DNA of 63,941 nucleotides, the filler included, from Rhabdomonas costata (Eukaryota): assembly GCA_019059605.1 (NCBI GenBank). It is 56 parts of 56 records of this genome, joined end to end, with 100 filler letters (N's around TTAATTAATTAA, not from the genome) between each part and the next. Parts side by side here need not be neighbours in the genome. Positions count along the whole stretch, not along the records: positions 12,585 to 13,627 come from JAHMHO010031692.1; positions 13,728 to 14,771 come from JAHMHO010031693.1; positions 14,872 to 15,915 come from JAHMHO010031694.1; positions 16,016 to 17,059 come from JAHMHO010031695.1; positions 17,160 to 18,203 come from JAHMHO010031696.1; positions 18,304 to 19,347 come from JAHMHO010031697.1; positions 19,448 to 20,491 come from JAHMHO010031698.1; positions 20,592 to 21,635 come from JAHMHO010031699.1; 48 more parts are not named here. One strand, written 5' to 3'. Positions within the stretch are counted from its first letter, which is position 1, and each line of letters starts with the position of its first letter. The notes under the pieces were generated by a model, which was not told where the DNA came from, did no database searches, and worked only from the letters and a program-made list of their open reading frames with translations. Position numbers and translations under genes: made by a program. Below, one piece after another: positions 13,274-25,840 of the stretch.

Positions 13274-13522
13274 GCTAGGATGCCGGAAAGTCCAGTATAC
13301 TGTATGAGCTCTGTAATGTACACTGTATGAACTCTGTAATGTATATTGTAGAGGAAGATTATATATGTTCGGCGCAGGTAAACTTATTTGACACACTTTA
13401 GATAAAGTATTTTTCTCGCAGGGGGTTAGGACGCCATGCACGTGCTGGGGTCTGGGGGGGCGGAGCCCCCCCAGGCAACATTTTGGGTTGTTTTCTTGTG
13501 TTTTCTGCAGGCTTTGTACCTA

Positions 13523-13627
13523 ATGTTTACTCTTTTTGAGCTCCAGGAGTTGTGTGCTGACGATGAGAAGCTTTCTGCTTTTTTAACAAAATATGGAGTT
13601 CTGGCTCCTATGAAGACTTGCTCCTGT
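13523..13627 (+). mobile_element. Probable N-terminus of Merlin/IS1595(ISXO2)-like transposase (partial)
   Basis: MFTLFELQELCADDEKLSAFLTKYGVLAPMKTCSC fits the DExxxxxFLxxxGxL...CxC start of eukaryotic Merlin transposases; DDE core not present in contig. Confidence 0.5.
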
Positions 13628-14119
13628 NNNNNNNNNNNNNNNNNNNNNNNNNNNNNNNNNNNNNNNNNNNNTTAATTAATTAANNNNNNNNNNNNNNNNN
13701 NNNNNNNNNNNNNNNNNNNNNNNNNNNTTTTGGTATGACTGAGTGAATGTTTGGGGCAGTGATGAACGCGATATGTAATCGACACAAGGGCTCACGATGT
13801 TGGGAATGAAGAGTCGAAAAGCAGGGCATCTACTTTGTCTGTGCAGTTTCCTGGGCAGCGGCTTCTTCTTCCCGCGCCTTCGCCTTGGCCTCGCGCGCCG
13901 TGATGGCCTAAGAAAGGCAAAGGAATTGTGTCACACAAGGAGGAAGGGCATAAGCAGCATGTCAGAGCAGCTGGAAAGTGGCCATCAGATGAAAGCAATC
14001 CCCAGCGCCAAGATTATGCGGCCACCCAAAGCAAGCAGATGGCCAAAACTTCCCGAATCTTCAGTAAACTGCAGCACAGGCCCAGTGTCAGATGCTAACT
14101 TTTCGTTGTTTTGTCTGAC

Positions 14120-14233
14120 CTGCTGAGCCGCAGCGAGGGCGAGGTTGTCCGCCTTGAGCTTCTGCTCGCGAGACTCCAGCTCCTGGAGCTTCACACTGAG
14201 GGAGTCCAACCTTGCCTGGTGTTCCTGGGAAAT
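14120..14233 (-). CDS. Exon of coiled-coil protein
   Basis: tacag|ISQEHQARLDSLSVKLQELESREQKLKADNLALAAAQQ|gtcaga. Confidence 0.6.
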
Positions 14234-16231
14234 CTGTACACCAGCACGCGAGCGGATAGTGTCACTTCAGGAAACAGAACGAAAGCCGCGGCACACCGCG
14301 TGACAACGTCACTCTGTAGAACACTCCATCCCACCCCAACTACCTTTTCTTCACACCTTTCCCAGTGTGGTTCGGATCGGGTGGTTCGGATCGGTGTGGC
14401 ACCTCTCCCCGAATTCACTCCGATGTGGGATTCTGAGCCTCACGCTGCAATTTCGCTTCCAATTCCTCGAAGGAGGGGGGGCATACCTCTCCTTCTCGTG
14501 CACGTGGGAGTCTGTAAGTCGGTTATTGGTTTTGCAAAGGCCGTGTGCCCTCCTTCGCATCCACAAAATATGAGGTGGAAACACTCGCTGTCTCTATGAC
14601 TTCTAGAAACCATCTGAGTTTCGCTTTTCTTCCCTGCAAAGTGCAAATTGCATTCCGCATCCCGTTATAATAATAATAACCTGAGCGTTGCCTGTCCAGG
14701 TGAAATCCATACTACTATTAGCTCCAAGTTTCTCATCGGGTTAATGTTCTCTTTGTGAACAACACCACCCCNNNNNNNNNNNNNNNNNNNNNNNNNNNNN
14801 NNNNNNNNNNNNNNNTTAATTAATTAANNNNNNNNNNNNNNNNNNNNNNNNNNNNNNNNNNNNNNNNNNNNGGTGGTTGGTATGCAGGAGCAGGGCAAGG
14901 AATATGGGTCACCCCATCACCAAAAGAAGACCAAAAAGAGAAAGAGATAGAAAGCAGAGGCCTTATTTATTCACCAATCTCATCCAAATAACATTGTTGA
15001 AAAAGAATGAATTCCCACACGTGAACTCCCACGAAAATGTCTAGATGAAACCACGAAGCGCGGCTACCTCCGGAGAGATATGAAAGAGAAAAGACAGAAA
15101 AATAGCAACAATTGACGAGGACGGGCTGGCTCGCGAACGCTGCAAGGCCATAAGACAAACGCTCGACTACTAGCAAGGCAAGCAAGCAAAAGTATCACGA
15201 AGAGAAATTCGCAAAACAAAAACCCATTTGTGTGAAATTTAAACCCAGACTTGTGCGACAGACTTCCCGACACACTTCCCAGACGAAAATGAAACGGGGG
15301 TGATACTGGAGTGACCCATATTCCTTGCCCTGCTCCTGCATACCAAGCATCTTCGAGAGGGGCCGCTTCTTGTCGACATTGTAGGTGGATCCGTTGGGGT
15401 TGTACTCGAACCCCTCAAGAACCCGCTGGACCTTCGCGACCACTGCCAAAGAGTCCGGGGCAGCGGGGGCTGTGGTCATCTTTGGGGAGGCAGGGCCCTC
15501 CCCCTCCCCGCCGCCAGTGAGCTACAACCGGACCGTGGGTAACAAACCATGCACCAACCCACTCCTTAAGACCCAAAAAAAGCAAAACAGCTTAGAGGGA
15601 GTAAGCAGACGGGTCTGATTGCACAACTGGCGGCGTAGTATGCCTGGCGTAGTCTTTCAAACGTACTTTGCCGCGGTTCCCTTGGAAACCATGCAGATAC
15701 CTGGACAGGAAAAGTTCAGGTTTCCACTGCCACAGCGCTAGCAGGGCGAGGCCTCACATTGTGGATTAAGGTCTGAACAGGTCAGGAACATCCAGGGGGC
15801 TTCGCAAGTCCAGCAAAATCATGGGTCATACCCCTGTCCATATACCTCGCTTTCTCCAAATCCACGATGATAAATTCAGACGCATGTCGTCGTTGGATGC
15901 TGTCCAAAAACCACANNNNNNNNNNNNNNNNNNNNNNNNNNNNNNNNNNNNNNNNNNNNTTAATTAATTAANNNNNNNNNNNNNNNNNNNNNNNNNNNNN
16001 NNNNNNNNNNNNNNNGTGGGGGGGGGGAGAAAGGAAGGGAAGAAATGGATCCCAGCTGCGATGCTGGATGAGTTGAAACGACGTTTTGGACTTGTGGGGC
16101 CACAAAATAGAGACTTGCCTTCTTCGGAGCAGTGACTTTCCATGCTTGAACTGGAAGGAAAACGCCTAAACTGAGAAGCGCGACGGCACATAAAAACAAG
16201 CCAGAAAACCCCATAGTGGTCCCACACGCAC

Positions 16232-16312
16232 CGTGGATGCGAGCTGTCCTGGCTGCCTCAAAGACTTCCTCGTCGGTGGCCTCGGGCTTGCTGTACCTGA
16301 TGTTGTACATCA
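16232..16312 (-). CDS. Exon of ABCB-type ABC transporter nucleotide-binding domain (ATM1/ABCB6-like)
   Basis: VMYNIRYSKPEATDEEVFEAARTARIH matches the post-Q-loop NIRYG..ATDEEV..AA..A.IH segment; CAG/GT boundaries. Confidence 0.88.
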
Positions 16313-17167
16313 CTGCGGCGGAATGGAGTAGCGATAGAGCAACAAAGCAAGCACACGAACAGTTACAATCAGAAGTACACAATGTCACATCGTCACACTG
16401 TCCACTGTTCAACGTTGGGCGAGGGCAAGGACACAACAGCGCAGATTCAAAGAGGAAAGGAGTACGGGAGATTACAAGAGAACAGAAATGTTTTGGGGAG
16501 GCATGTGGGGCAGGCGTAGATCCGAAAATCCGGCGCAAAAATACGACTCAAAATGAGGCAGTGCAATTCGGAGCGGTGGAAGGGTCAGTGCGGGGAGAGA
16601 GAGGACTGTCGTAAAAAAATAATAGCACGGAACGGTCCGCAACCTGTATCGTCGAACAGCACTGGCTCTTGCGAGACCTGAAAAAGACGGCACACCGCAA
16701 ATGCATGACAACGCCTCCAGTCCCCAGCCATGAAATCTCAGTTAATAATCCAACCAATCACAAATCCAACACCTACAGTCCCACCAACCACTGATTTACA
16801 CAGGTAACTCTGAGCAAGGTTGCTCCCGTGCCACCACATATGAGACTGAGCACTGGAGGCTGAAATATTGCTTATGCCTCTGTCACCCCAAATGCAAGAA
16901 GTCCTGGAAGGATAATTGGCACAGTTCAGCAGTGAACCTTTTTTCTTTAAAACTCCTTTTATTGCTAATGTTGACACTGTATGATGTCCTGGACCTCTGC
17001 AATGACGAAAGAAAATTCCCAGAGTGGCTGAGAAGTTATGGTGTTCTCCGAGAGCCCCCNNNNNNNNNNNNNNNNNNNNNNNNNNNNNNNNNNNNNNNNN
17101 NNNTTAATTAATTAANNNNNNNNNNNNNNNNNNNNNNNNNNNNNNNNNNNNNNNNNNNNTTGTGCAG

Positions 17168-17330
17168 GAAGAAGCCGCTGAGTGCGCGGACGCGGAGGAA
17201 GCAGAGGAAGCGGCTGCACACTGAGGAGGCAAGGCGCCGCACCACGCAGACCCTGGCCCGGCGCAGGGCCTCGAAGAGGGCCGAGCTGGATGCCATGATG
17301 GACACCCTGAACGCCCTCCAGGGGGCCCAA
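17168..17330 (+). CDS. Exon of basic (Arg/Lys-rich) uncharacterised protein
   Basis: tgcag|...KKPLSARTRRKQRKRLHTEEARRR...NALQGAQ|gtgtg; strong GC3 bias. Confidence 0.55.
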
Positions 17331-18346
17331 AGTGTGCCGTGCTGGGTGGGTGGGTTGGTAGGTGTCGAATTCGAACCAGCCATGGAGTTTTGTATACCTA
17401 TGGTACCCTGTGTGTCTCACTGCTTCTGTTTCTTTTTATCGCTTCATTGCCGGAACCCCATTTGTGCCACCTTGCGCTGATCCTCTCCTCCCCAAATTAC
17501 CTGCTTCCATCCCCATCTGACAAAGCGCATCTCCTTTCCACTGGCTGGTCAGTGTTATAAATCACTCTCTAAGGTGCGAAGCTGGCTGCTGCTCTCGAGA
17601 GTGAGTCTCTTGAAGACCTGGACGCCCTTATGGGCTCCCTTTACAACGATGAGTTTTACAATGCTGAGGTGGGCCAACACTCGCAGTTGCGTTCTTTTTT
17701 CCTTTATTAACAGCTTCTGCTCATTATTCTTCTGTCCCTGTTGGCCGTTTTTGTTTGTTTCTTCATTGGCAATGACGCTTCTATGGCGTGCGTGAAAGCA
17801 GGGGAGGAACGGGATTTCAACAAAAGTTGACACAGTGTATTCGTGGGGCGGGGCAGGACGATGGTCCCCTTTCGAAATCGGCGGTTGACCTTCACGGTGA
17901 TCTGTTCACTTCCCTGCCGGAGTCCAAGGAAAGTCCTGCAAAGAAGCAGACAAGTATACTTTTGGCTCATTTCCTTGTTAGTTTTGTTTGCATTTGGCCC
18001 TACTTTTGCGGGTCGCACTTGGTGCTTGGCAGTGGTCGCCTTGGTTAGCAAATCGATATGAACTTGTTTGTATGCGCATGTACCGAGTGTCCGGGAGTTT
18101 TTGGACGTTTATTTTTTGGCCACCAAAATTGCTATACTCCTCCGTTGGTCCTTGCCCCTAATCCAAGCATAATCTCCCAGGTCTACCCAACACACCCACA
18201 ACANNNNNNNNNNNNNNNNNNNNNNNNNNNNNNNNNNNNNNNNNNNNTTAATTAATTAANNNNNNNNNNNNNNNNNNNNNNNNNNNNNNNNNNNNNNNNN
18301 NNNTGTGCATTAGGGGCGTGGTTTTAGGGAGGGGGGGTATGTCCAG

Positions 18347-18981
18347 GTACGCAAGCTTCCCGAGTCCGCGCTGTTTCCCCGTGGCATCATGGTGGTTGAC
18401 ACCCCAGGTGCTGGATAGAGTGGGGGGAACGGGGAGGGTATGATGAGTGTTTGTGCGCAAATCATCGCGATGGGCCAGAGCTGGTTTGTGCATGTTTGGG
18501 TAGTTGTCTGGAGTCCATATCACGTGAGCCTCGGCACCCATTTTGAATATGTCTGCCGTCGTCGTGGGGTTGAGTTTGGGTGGATTTCTCCTTTTTCTTC
18601 GATTCTTTTTCAAAGGGATGATTGACACCCCGGTGAAGTCCGAGGCGTACAACAGGGGTGCGCGTGGGTACGACTTTCTGAAGGTCACAATTCCTCCCTT
18701 TGTCTGGTGAATGGCATACCTTTTTCATATCTTTTTCTTTGATAACCCGCATCCCATGCTTTTGTTCTTCGCCATTGCCCCGTTTGGCTTTGGCTCGCTT
18801 TTAGTTTACTTGCGCTCTGGCGCGTGTTTGTGCTCAGGTGGTGCGGTGGTTCGCGGAGAGCTCGGATGTGATTCTGCTGCTGTTCGACCCCAACAACCCT
18901 GGCACGACGGGGGAGACCCTGGATGTTCTCACCGAGTCCCTGGCTGACCTGGATCACAAGTTTTTGCTGATTCTTAACAAG
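18347..18981 (+). CDS. EHD/sarcalumenin-like dynamin-family GTPase, three exons (18347-18407, 18616-18683, 18838-18981)
   Basis: Spliced: VRKLPESALFPRGIMVVDTPG-MIDTPVKSEAYNRGARGYDFLK-VVRWFAESSDVILLLFDPNNPGTTGETLDVLTESLADLDHKFLLILNK; G3 DTPG, RGYDF..V.RWFA and G4 LNK; both introns GT-AG and in phase. Confidence 0.92.
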
Positions 18982-19447
18982 GTCTGTTTTCTCTCCAGTC
19001 AAGTTTCTAACGTAACATTTTTGTTCCAATTTTTTCAACCCAGGCTCTTTGTTTTGCCTTCCTTCAGCCACCTGCGCTGTCAGTGGCAGTGGCAGTTGCT
19101 GATATTTCTGGTCTTAGTTTCGGCATTTTGGCGGTCCACAGGTTTTCTTTTGGACTGGAACTTGCTTTGAATGATGCACATGATGCATATGGATGACGCG
19201 TCTTCCTCAATTGGGTCCGCTCCAGACCATGCGATCAGCGTTTGTCTCACCCGATCCAATTCTCTCTTATTCTTTTTCCAGTCGGAATATCATACCACTT
19301 CAGCAGCCACCTGCATGGGTCGTCGGCCTCTACGGAGGTGGCCCCACNNNNNNNNNNNNNNNNNNNNNNNNNNNNNNNNNNNNNNNNNNNNTTAATTAAT
19401 TAANNNNNNNNNNNNNNNNNNNNNNNNNNNNNNNNNNNNNNNNNNNN

Positions 19448-19889
19448 GTACAGCTGGGCGAGAGAGTTGGGCTGCAAGTGGCTGTGGGAGAGCTCGTCGG
19501 GGTGGTCGTTGGGGTCAAAGTTGGAGACAAGGTCCCAGTGGAGGTGGGCGTGGGGCTGTGCGTAGGACTTGAGCTCGGCGTCAAGGTTAGCGTGAGAGTG
19601 CTCGTGAGGCTGGGTGTGGGAGTCCATGTCGGGGTGGAGGTCACGCTTAGCGTTGGGGTTGACGTCAGCGATGTCGTTGGTGATCGCGTCGTTGTTGGGG
19701 TAGGAGTGGGCACAAAAGTGGGGCTGCACGTACAGCTGGGCGAGAGAGTTGGGCTGCAAGTGGCTGTGGGAGAGCTCGTCGGGGTGGTCGTTGGGGTCAA
19801 AGTTGGGGACAATGTCATAGTGGAGGTGGGCGTGGGGGTGTGCGTAGGACTTGAGCTCGGCGTCAGCGTGGGCGTTAGAGTCACCGGCC
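19448..19889 (-). CDS. Thr/Pro/Ser-rich (mucin-like, TPT repeat) exon with internal 282-bp-period duplication
   Basis: cctccag| acceptor; PVTLTPTLTPSSSPTHTPTPT...; 19448-19590 nearly identical to 19730-19870. Confidence 0.75.
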
Positions 19890-20618
19890 CTGGAGGTGGT
19901 GTGCGGGAAAAATGCGACCTCCACTCAACCAGAAAACATCCACAACAAATGCAACCGAAAACAGGAAACGCTTCCCAGGAGAAAAAAAGCCGGCGGTGGC
20001 TAAAGATGTACAAAATTTCCCGCACCAATCGCCCACACACCCGTGCAACAGTCGGTCATGTTGCACGCTGCCCCCGCGCAGACCGTGCTGGCGCTCTTCT
20101 CGGTGTACCCCAAAGGGCAGATGTAGCTAACACCTCCGCACGTCTGCTCAGCTGAAGTGGTAAAGTAAAGAAAAATCACCCAGAGGTTCCCCGAGGGGGG
20201 GGGGTATCAATGCTTGCGGGCGCACCAAATTTTCCTTGCGGCCCAAAACACGCCTCCTCCAAACAATCTGCTGGGCCACAACACATCCCCGTCTTGCTTG
20301 TGCATAAAGCCACCTCTGGGACTCCGCCTGACAGGAGGTGCGAACTATCCTCTGAACCCATTCTATGGTGAGCCCAGAGGGCATTCCACTGGGAACACGG
20401 AGAACGTGCGCGTCTGCCGTACACAGTCCGTGCCCCTGTGCAGTGCAGCGCTTTCTCTCACCCCGTCGCCGTCGTCGTGTGGGCTGCAAACNNNNNNNNN
20501 NNNNNNNNNNNNNNNNNNNNNNNNNNNNNNNNNNNTTAATTAATTAANNNNNNNNNNNNNNNNNNNNNNNNNNNNNNNNNNNNNNNNNNNNGTGGGTTTG
20601 TTCTGTCCCCCTTTGCAG

Positions 20619-21616
20619 CGCTATGCGGGTCGTCCTGAACCATCCCAAGGTCAGGGACTCTGATTGGGTGAAGGTCGTCACCTGCGCTGTTGGCTACGAC
20701 GGAAGGCCCTTCCCCTCGGGGGGCAGTGCCCGCCTCGAGGAACTTCTGCTTAGCACCGCAGAGTCGGGCGAGAACGTCCCCACCGCCGATTGCGTGAGCT
20801 ATTTGGACAGTTGCTCAAGCCAGGTGGACAATTCCTCGGTGAGGGCATCTAAAGCACCCTCTTTTCTCCCTTGCGTGACCACCAAGCCTGTGGTGTGGAC
20901 CTGTGGGGATCTGCAGCAGAAGGTGCGTCTCCACTCTTTTTTTGATGCCTCCAAAGTTTGTTGATGTACGTCATTCGTTCGCAACGTAAGTGAAAACCCA
21001 CCTCCGCAGTGGTGGTCTTTCATGCGGACTGGACGCTGTTCACTGGTCCAATGGTCGGTTGTGCGCTCTGCAGAATGTATGGCAAGCGCTCTGTGTCGCA
21101 AGGGACATCTTGATAGTCGACGACAGTCGCGGGATGGTGAGCCGCAATGAGTGTATTCTCCAGTCGCCCCGCAATGAGTGCATTCTCCAGTCGCCTCAAA
21201 CCAACCATAGCACGAGAAACCGACCTACTCCAGCTGAAAAAATCTGCTGCCCTTTCATTCGTGAAATCGATTGAAAGCCCTGAGGATCCGGAATGGCCTA
21301 TTCAACTTTCCGTTTTCCCATTTCTACTGAAAATCATCTCCACTCTCACCCTCTTGCCTACAGGTTCTGATCTTTGCCTCGATGAATGCCACCGACGACA
21401 TCATCGCCGCCCAATTCCCCGAGACCATGCAGCAGGTCACCACGCACTGGGTATGGGACTTCGGGCGGGAAAAGCCCGAGTACGCCGACCACGACCACCC
21501 CTACGACGCGGTGACCTCGCAGAAGATCGAGAGCGCGTACCGCAGCGGGCAACTCAGCGTGAAGGTCACAGACCCGCACATCCTGTACTTCCACGACATG
21601 GTGCAGAGGAACAGCG
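20619..21616 (+). CDS. WWE-domain protein, two exons (20619-20922, 21364-21616)
   Basis: Phase-0 GT-AG intron; exon 2 HWVWDF...PYDAVTSQKIESAYRSG...LYFHDMVQRN matches the WWE pattern W.W...YD...S..IE.AY...F..M.Q.N. Confidence 0.75.
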
Positions 21617-21735
21617 GTGTGCCACCCCCCCACACNNNNNNNNNNNNNNNNNNNNNNNNNNNNNNNNNNNNNNNNNNNNTTAATTAATTAANNNNNNNNN
21701 NNNNNNNNNNNNNNNNNNNNNNNNNNNNNNNNNNN

Positions 21736-22530
21736 GATACGCCCGGGTGGGGTGTGCCCACAGCGCTTGGGGAAGGCCTGGTCCTCCAGCATGATCCCAG
21801 CGAACCCCGCCCGGGCGTATCCCGACACAGTGCGCTTCAGGTTGATCACGTTGCCAAACCCGGTGTCCCCGTCCCCAATCACGGGGATCCGAACCGCCCC
21901 ACAAATCCTCTGCCCAACCTGGAAAGCAACCGATCCGCAAAAAAGTGGGGTGGTGGTGGTGGTGGTGGTGGTGATGATGCAAACAACTCGACTAAAATTT
22001 ACCTTAGCTATCAGCAATTGCCTCAACCGCTAGAGGGAAACGGACGCAGGTCTGGGATCTTTTTATAAACAACCGGCAAGTTCGGCAGGTACTGGTTAAC
22101 TCCGCCGCCCCCTACGCGGTGCTTTCCTATTATCCTCAGCAATCTTATGACAAATAACCAGTGCGTGCACGTTTTAACCAAAATACGGCTGGCTTTTTCA
22201 GGAAGAGCATGGTAAGGGTTTTCTTTTCAGTTAAGCAAGAGATAAAGCGAACTGGAGAAGAAACATCGGCCTTCGCTGTTAAGCCTCATTGAGCCTCCTG
22301 TTAAGACTCATTGAGTCTCCTCTCCAACACACTTCGGCGAACTCTGTGTAAGTCGCCAGCCCCGTGTCCGGCATCGCCAAAAGGGCAGCGGCGGTGGAGA
22401 AGCCACTCATGAACGTCAGCGGGAACCCGCTGGCCTCGATCAGCTTCGCAGAGAGCGCGTCGTAGCAGCACGGCATAACCGCGAGCTTGCCACTGCGGAG
22501 CAGAGAGCGAAGCTGGGCTGCCATTGCCAT
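21736..22530 (-). CDS. Isocitrate lyase/PEP mutase superfamily enzyme (2-methylisocitrate lyase/CPEP mutase-like), exons 22530-22333 and 21918 to about 21736
   Basis: MPCCYDALSAKLIEASGF..FMSGF...PDTGL and PVIGDGDTGFGN...IMLEDQAFPKRCGH active-site motif; phase-0 GT-AG intron. Confidence 0.93.
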
Positions 22531-22914
22531 GGGTTGAGAGTCACAGTAAAAAACTATCGTGGGGGGTCCAAGAGAAAGTAAAGAAATCGTAGGAGGTTTG
22601 CCAAACTAAACGATGAACAAAGAAAAGAAGCAAAGTGGGGCGAAACAAAGACGCCAAGCGTCTTACGTCGGTCGCAGCGTAGCTCAGGAAATTTCCAGCT
22701 TATAGCACGCCAAGGCAGAGGCCGGACTGCAGTCTTGAAGTTAGCCATGTGGCGAGTGGGGGTTAGGTGGGGGGGGGGGNNNNNNNNNNNNNNNNNNNNN
22801 NNNNNNNNNNNNNNNNNNNNNNNTTAATTAATTAANNNNNNNNNNNNNNNNNNNNNNNNNNNNNNNNNNNNNNNNNNNNTGTGTTGGGTGTGGGTGGGTG
22901 TGGGGTTGCGCACC

Positions 22915-23215
22915 CCGAGGAGGGAGCGGTGGTGGAGATTGCCGAAGAGGGCCGGATGGCTTTCACGCTGGCTAAAATAGCAGGGTGCGTGGGAAGGGCC
23001 ATCAGCAGCTCCCAGATAAGTTCCACACAGGCCGGGGTAGTGAGATGAGGCTGTGAAAGGAGTGCGAAGAGCTGCCCAAAGGTGGCAGGGGTGCAGAGCA
23101 GAGTGCTGGGCCAGCTCCACTGCGGCAGCGAGGGCCGCGCCATGGGCACTTCCCGGGGTGGGGTGTGCACGAACTTCGCAACATGCACCACAGTCTTGCC
23201 CATAATTCCCAGCTC
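22915..23215 (-). CDS. Internal exon, possibly USP9/USP24/USP34-type ubiquitin hydrolase N-terminal region
   Basis: FGQLFALL...LIWELLMALPTHPAI resembles the WxLLxxLPT motif of this family; aaacag acceptor; 3' boundary uncertain. Confidence 0.45.
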
Positions 23216-23848
23216 CTGTTTTTTATGGGGGGGCGTGGATTGGGAGGTGGACAAACTTTACTGCAGCTACTAAGTTCCATTCCATATAACCAAACCGATC
23301 ACAGTAGACCGTAGTAGATGCAAGACACAGTTCTAAATATTTCACTCCGAAGATGAAAAATCATGGAAAAGTCACGACAAAAAAGGGACAGACTTCTTCA
23401 GGAGCAGAACTTGCAAGAAGTGGCTAAAACATTACCCGTGCTTCATACGTAAGATGAAAAAACTTTGCCAAATATTAAGTTATGAACTTAGCGGTTTTAG
23501 GGATAGTAAAAAAGGTTTCACTATGTAAACCATCACAGCACAGTTGTTTCGTATGCATTGGAAGTTGCTACATTCAGGTTTCTTTTCATTTCATTTCTTT
23601 CTTTTCTATATGCCGATGTTTTCCATGTTTGCGAATGGAATAAACTCTGATTTCTCGCTTCTCACTTTTGACGTGGCATTGTCAAGGCAAAACGATTCAC
23701 ACGAGCACGACATCAGATTGACGATCCTTCCGACACAGTTCCCTTAAACAAACACACTTAACTTCAATTGATGCCGGCTCTGAGGAAACAGAAATTGTCC
23801 TTGAAATAAAAAAATATTTGCTAACACAGATTCAAGGCACTCGGCTAT

Positions 23849-23917
23849 GGGTTAGGGTTAGGGTTAGGGTTAGGGTTAGGGTTAGGGTTAGGGTTAGGGT
23901 TAGGGTTAGGGTTAGGG
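23849..23917 (+). repeat. Telomere-type (GGGTTA)11 array at contig end
   Basis: Direct reading; TTAGGG is the telomere repeat of Euglenozoa and many other eukaryotes. Confidence 0.95.
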
Positions 23918-24256
23918 ACCCCACACACNNNNNNNNNNNNNNNNNNNNNNNNNNNNNNNNNNNNNNNNNNNNTTAATTAATTAANNNNNNNNNNNNNNNN
24001 NNNNNNNNNNNNNNNNNNNNNNNNNNNNGGCCGGTCTGAAACACCCCACACCCACTGACTAACACTCGTTGAGGCGTGTGCTCAGATCACAACCTCTTTG
24101 CGGGTTTTGCGTTTCGAGTCAAGACGATGACGTGTTGACGGCATACATACGGCAAAAGGTACCGGAAATTGAGCACCTCCCTCGTGGCCGTGGCGGTGCG
24201 AGAGGGAATCGCCAAAAAAAGTGGACTTCTGTTCGGATAACATAATCTCTCTTTCC

Positions 24257-24447
24257 GAGTGGAGGCAGGCTTGAGTTGGTAGGGCTGAATATGGACACGA
24301 GCACCTCTCCGGCGTCTCGGGTCCTGCCGAGGCTGAGCTGCGCGAGGGGGGCGGCCTCTGCGGTGGCCCACACGATGGGCACGCCTAGCTTCCGAAGCCT
24401 CCGAATCCCGCGCTGGGGGTCCCCCACGGGCACGCAGGCCTCCTTTT
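24257..24447 (-). CDS. Probable exon, uncharacterised protein
   Basis: GC-rich open frame KEACVPVGDPQRGIRRLRKLGVPIVWATAEAAPLAQLSLG...; boundaries approximate. Confidence 0.4.
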
Positions 24448-25618
24448 GAAGGTTGTGCGTGAGGAAAAGAACCACCGAAACCGCAAAGCAAGCTCACGTT
24501 TCCCTGGGAACAGCACGTTATCTGGGACTGCATGAGTTGTACTCGGCCATTTTCTGATAGCCTCACCCCTGTATACACCTTTTAACATCTTTGGGACTCT
24601 GCCCTGCGTAGGACAATCCTCATACGCAACGGCAACGGGCAGATTTTAACGATAGATACTTCCAATCTTCAACATTCCCGAAGGACTGCTACTATGGAAA
24701 ATCGAAAGTTGCACCCCCTTGTAAAAACGGATGTCATTACCCCCCCTTTTTTCCGCCAGTGAACAACCAAGGAGCGGGCGTCACTAAACGCCGGTCGATG
24801 AGCAATGGCAAAGATGCTCGTTTGACGAGATATTTTCTTTTATGCACAACGGACTCCTGCCAACCCCAACACGCAATGAGGACCTGAGTTGTCAGGGATC
24901 CAAGGTAGCAAAGGCTCTGCAAGGAAACAACAAGGGAAAGAAAGGTCTAAATAATCAAATGGGAACTTTGGAGGTTTAAACGACCGCTATAATGTGTGAG
25001 TGAGTGATCTTTCTAAGAGCACAAAACGAAGAAAGCTCGCGATTCTCTTTAAAATATCAAAATCCAAAAAAANNNNNNNNNNNNNNNNNNNNNNNNNNNN
25101 NNNNNNNNNNNNNNNNTTAATTAATTAANNNNNNNNNNNNNNNNNNNNNNNNNNNNNNNNNNNNNNNNNNNNAGGGGCCCCTGGGGTGGCTCAGTCGCAG
25201 CCGCACTTCAACTCCAAGGCTAATAATTTGGACTGGCTCTGCTGCCAAATGTAAACGCAAACACCAGTCCCCCTGCCAAACTGCCACGTGGACCGTGTAT
25301 TGAGAGGAGCCCCCTCATCGTCATCAGTGTGAGCTGGCGGCACCGCCTGACTTTGTATGGTGAGATCACACCAGAGGCATCGCAGCATTGCGCAGTCACA
25401 CTTTGGGTCATTTGGAGCTTTTGTTGCTTCCGTTCGGTACATCAGTTGCTTAGTTTGGCAGTTGCCGCGAATTCCGCTAATGCCAGGGAGAACACGAAGT
25501 ATGCCATGCAAACGACCAATGTAAACGACCCTTGTGAGACAGAGTGGGTTAGAGGGTCTGTATGGGATACATAGTCACCTCTGTGTGTGTGTGGGGGGGG
25601 GGGTTCCTCCACTACAAC

Positions 25619-25840
25619 CTGCGAGAGATGGACCGAGAAGTTGGGGTGGTGGTGGGAGAGGCACCTCCGGGCCTGCTCTTGCAGCGCCATGTTGGCCTGG
25701 TCCCTTGTCACGGAAGCCTCGGAGTGTTCCTGCTCATCCATCAATAGCGCGTACAGCCGCGCCCTTTGTTCCTCGGGAAGCGCTACCCCTTCGTCACCGT
25801 CGGCGCTGAGCAGCCGCGCCCGCACGGTGCTGCTGCGCAC
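25619..25840 (-). CDS. Internal exon, uncharacterised protein
   Basis: cttag|VRSSTVRARLLSADGDEG...HHHPNFSVHLSQ|gtt; GC3 bias. Confidence 0.6.

Noticed and set aside
19478-20155. 225-aa Val/Gly-rich plus-strand ORF
   Set aside because: Antisense shadow of the Thr/Pro-rich minus-strand exon, which has the splice acceptor
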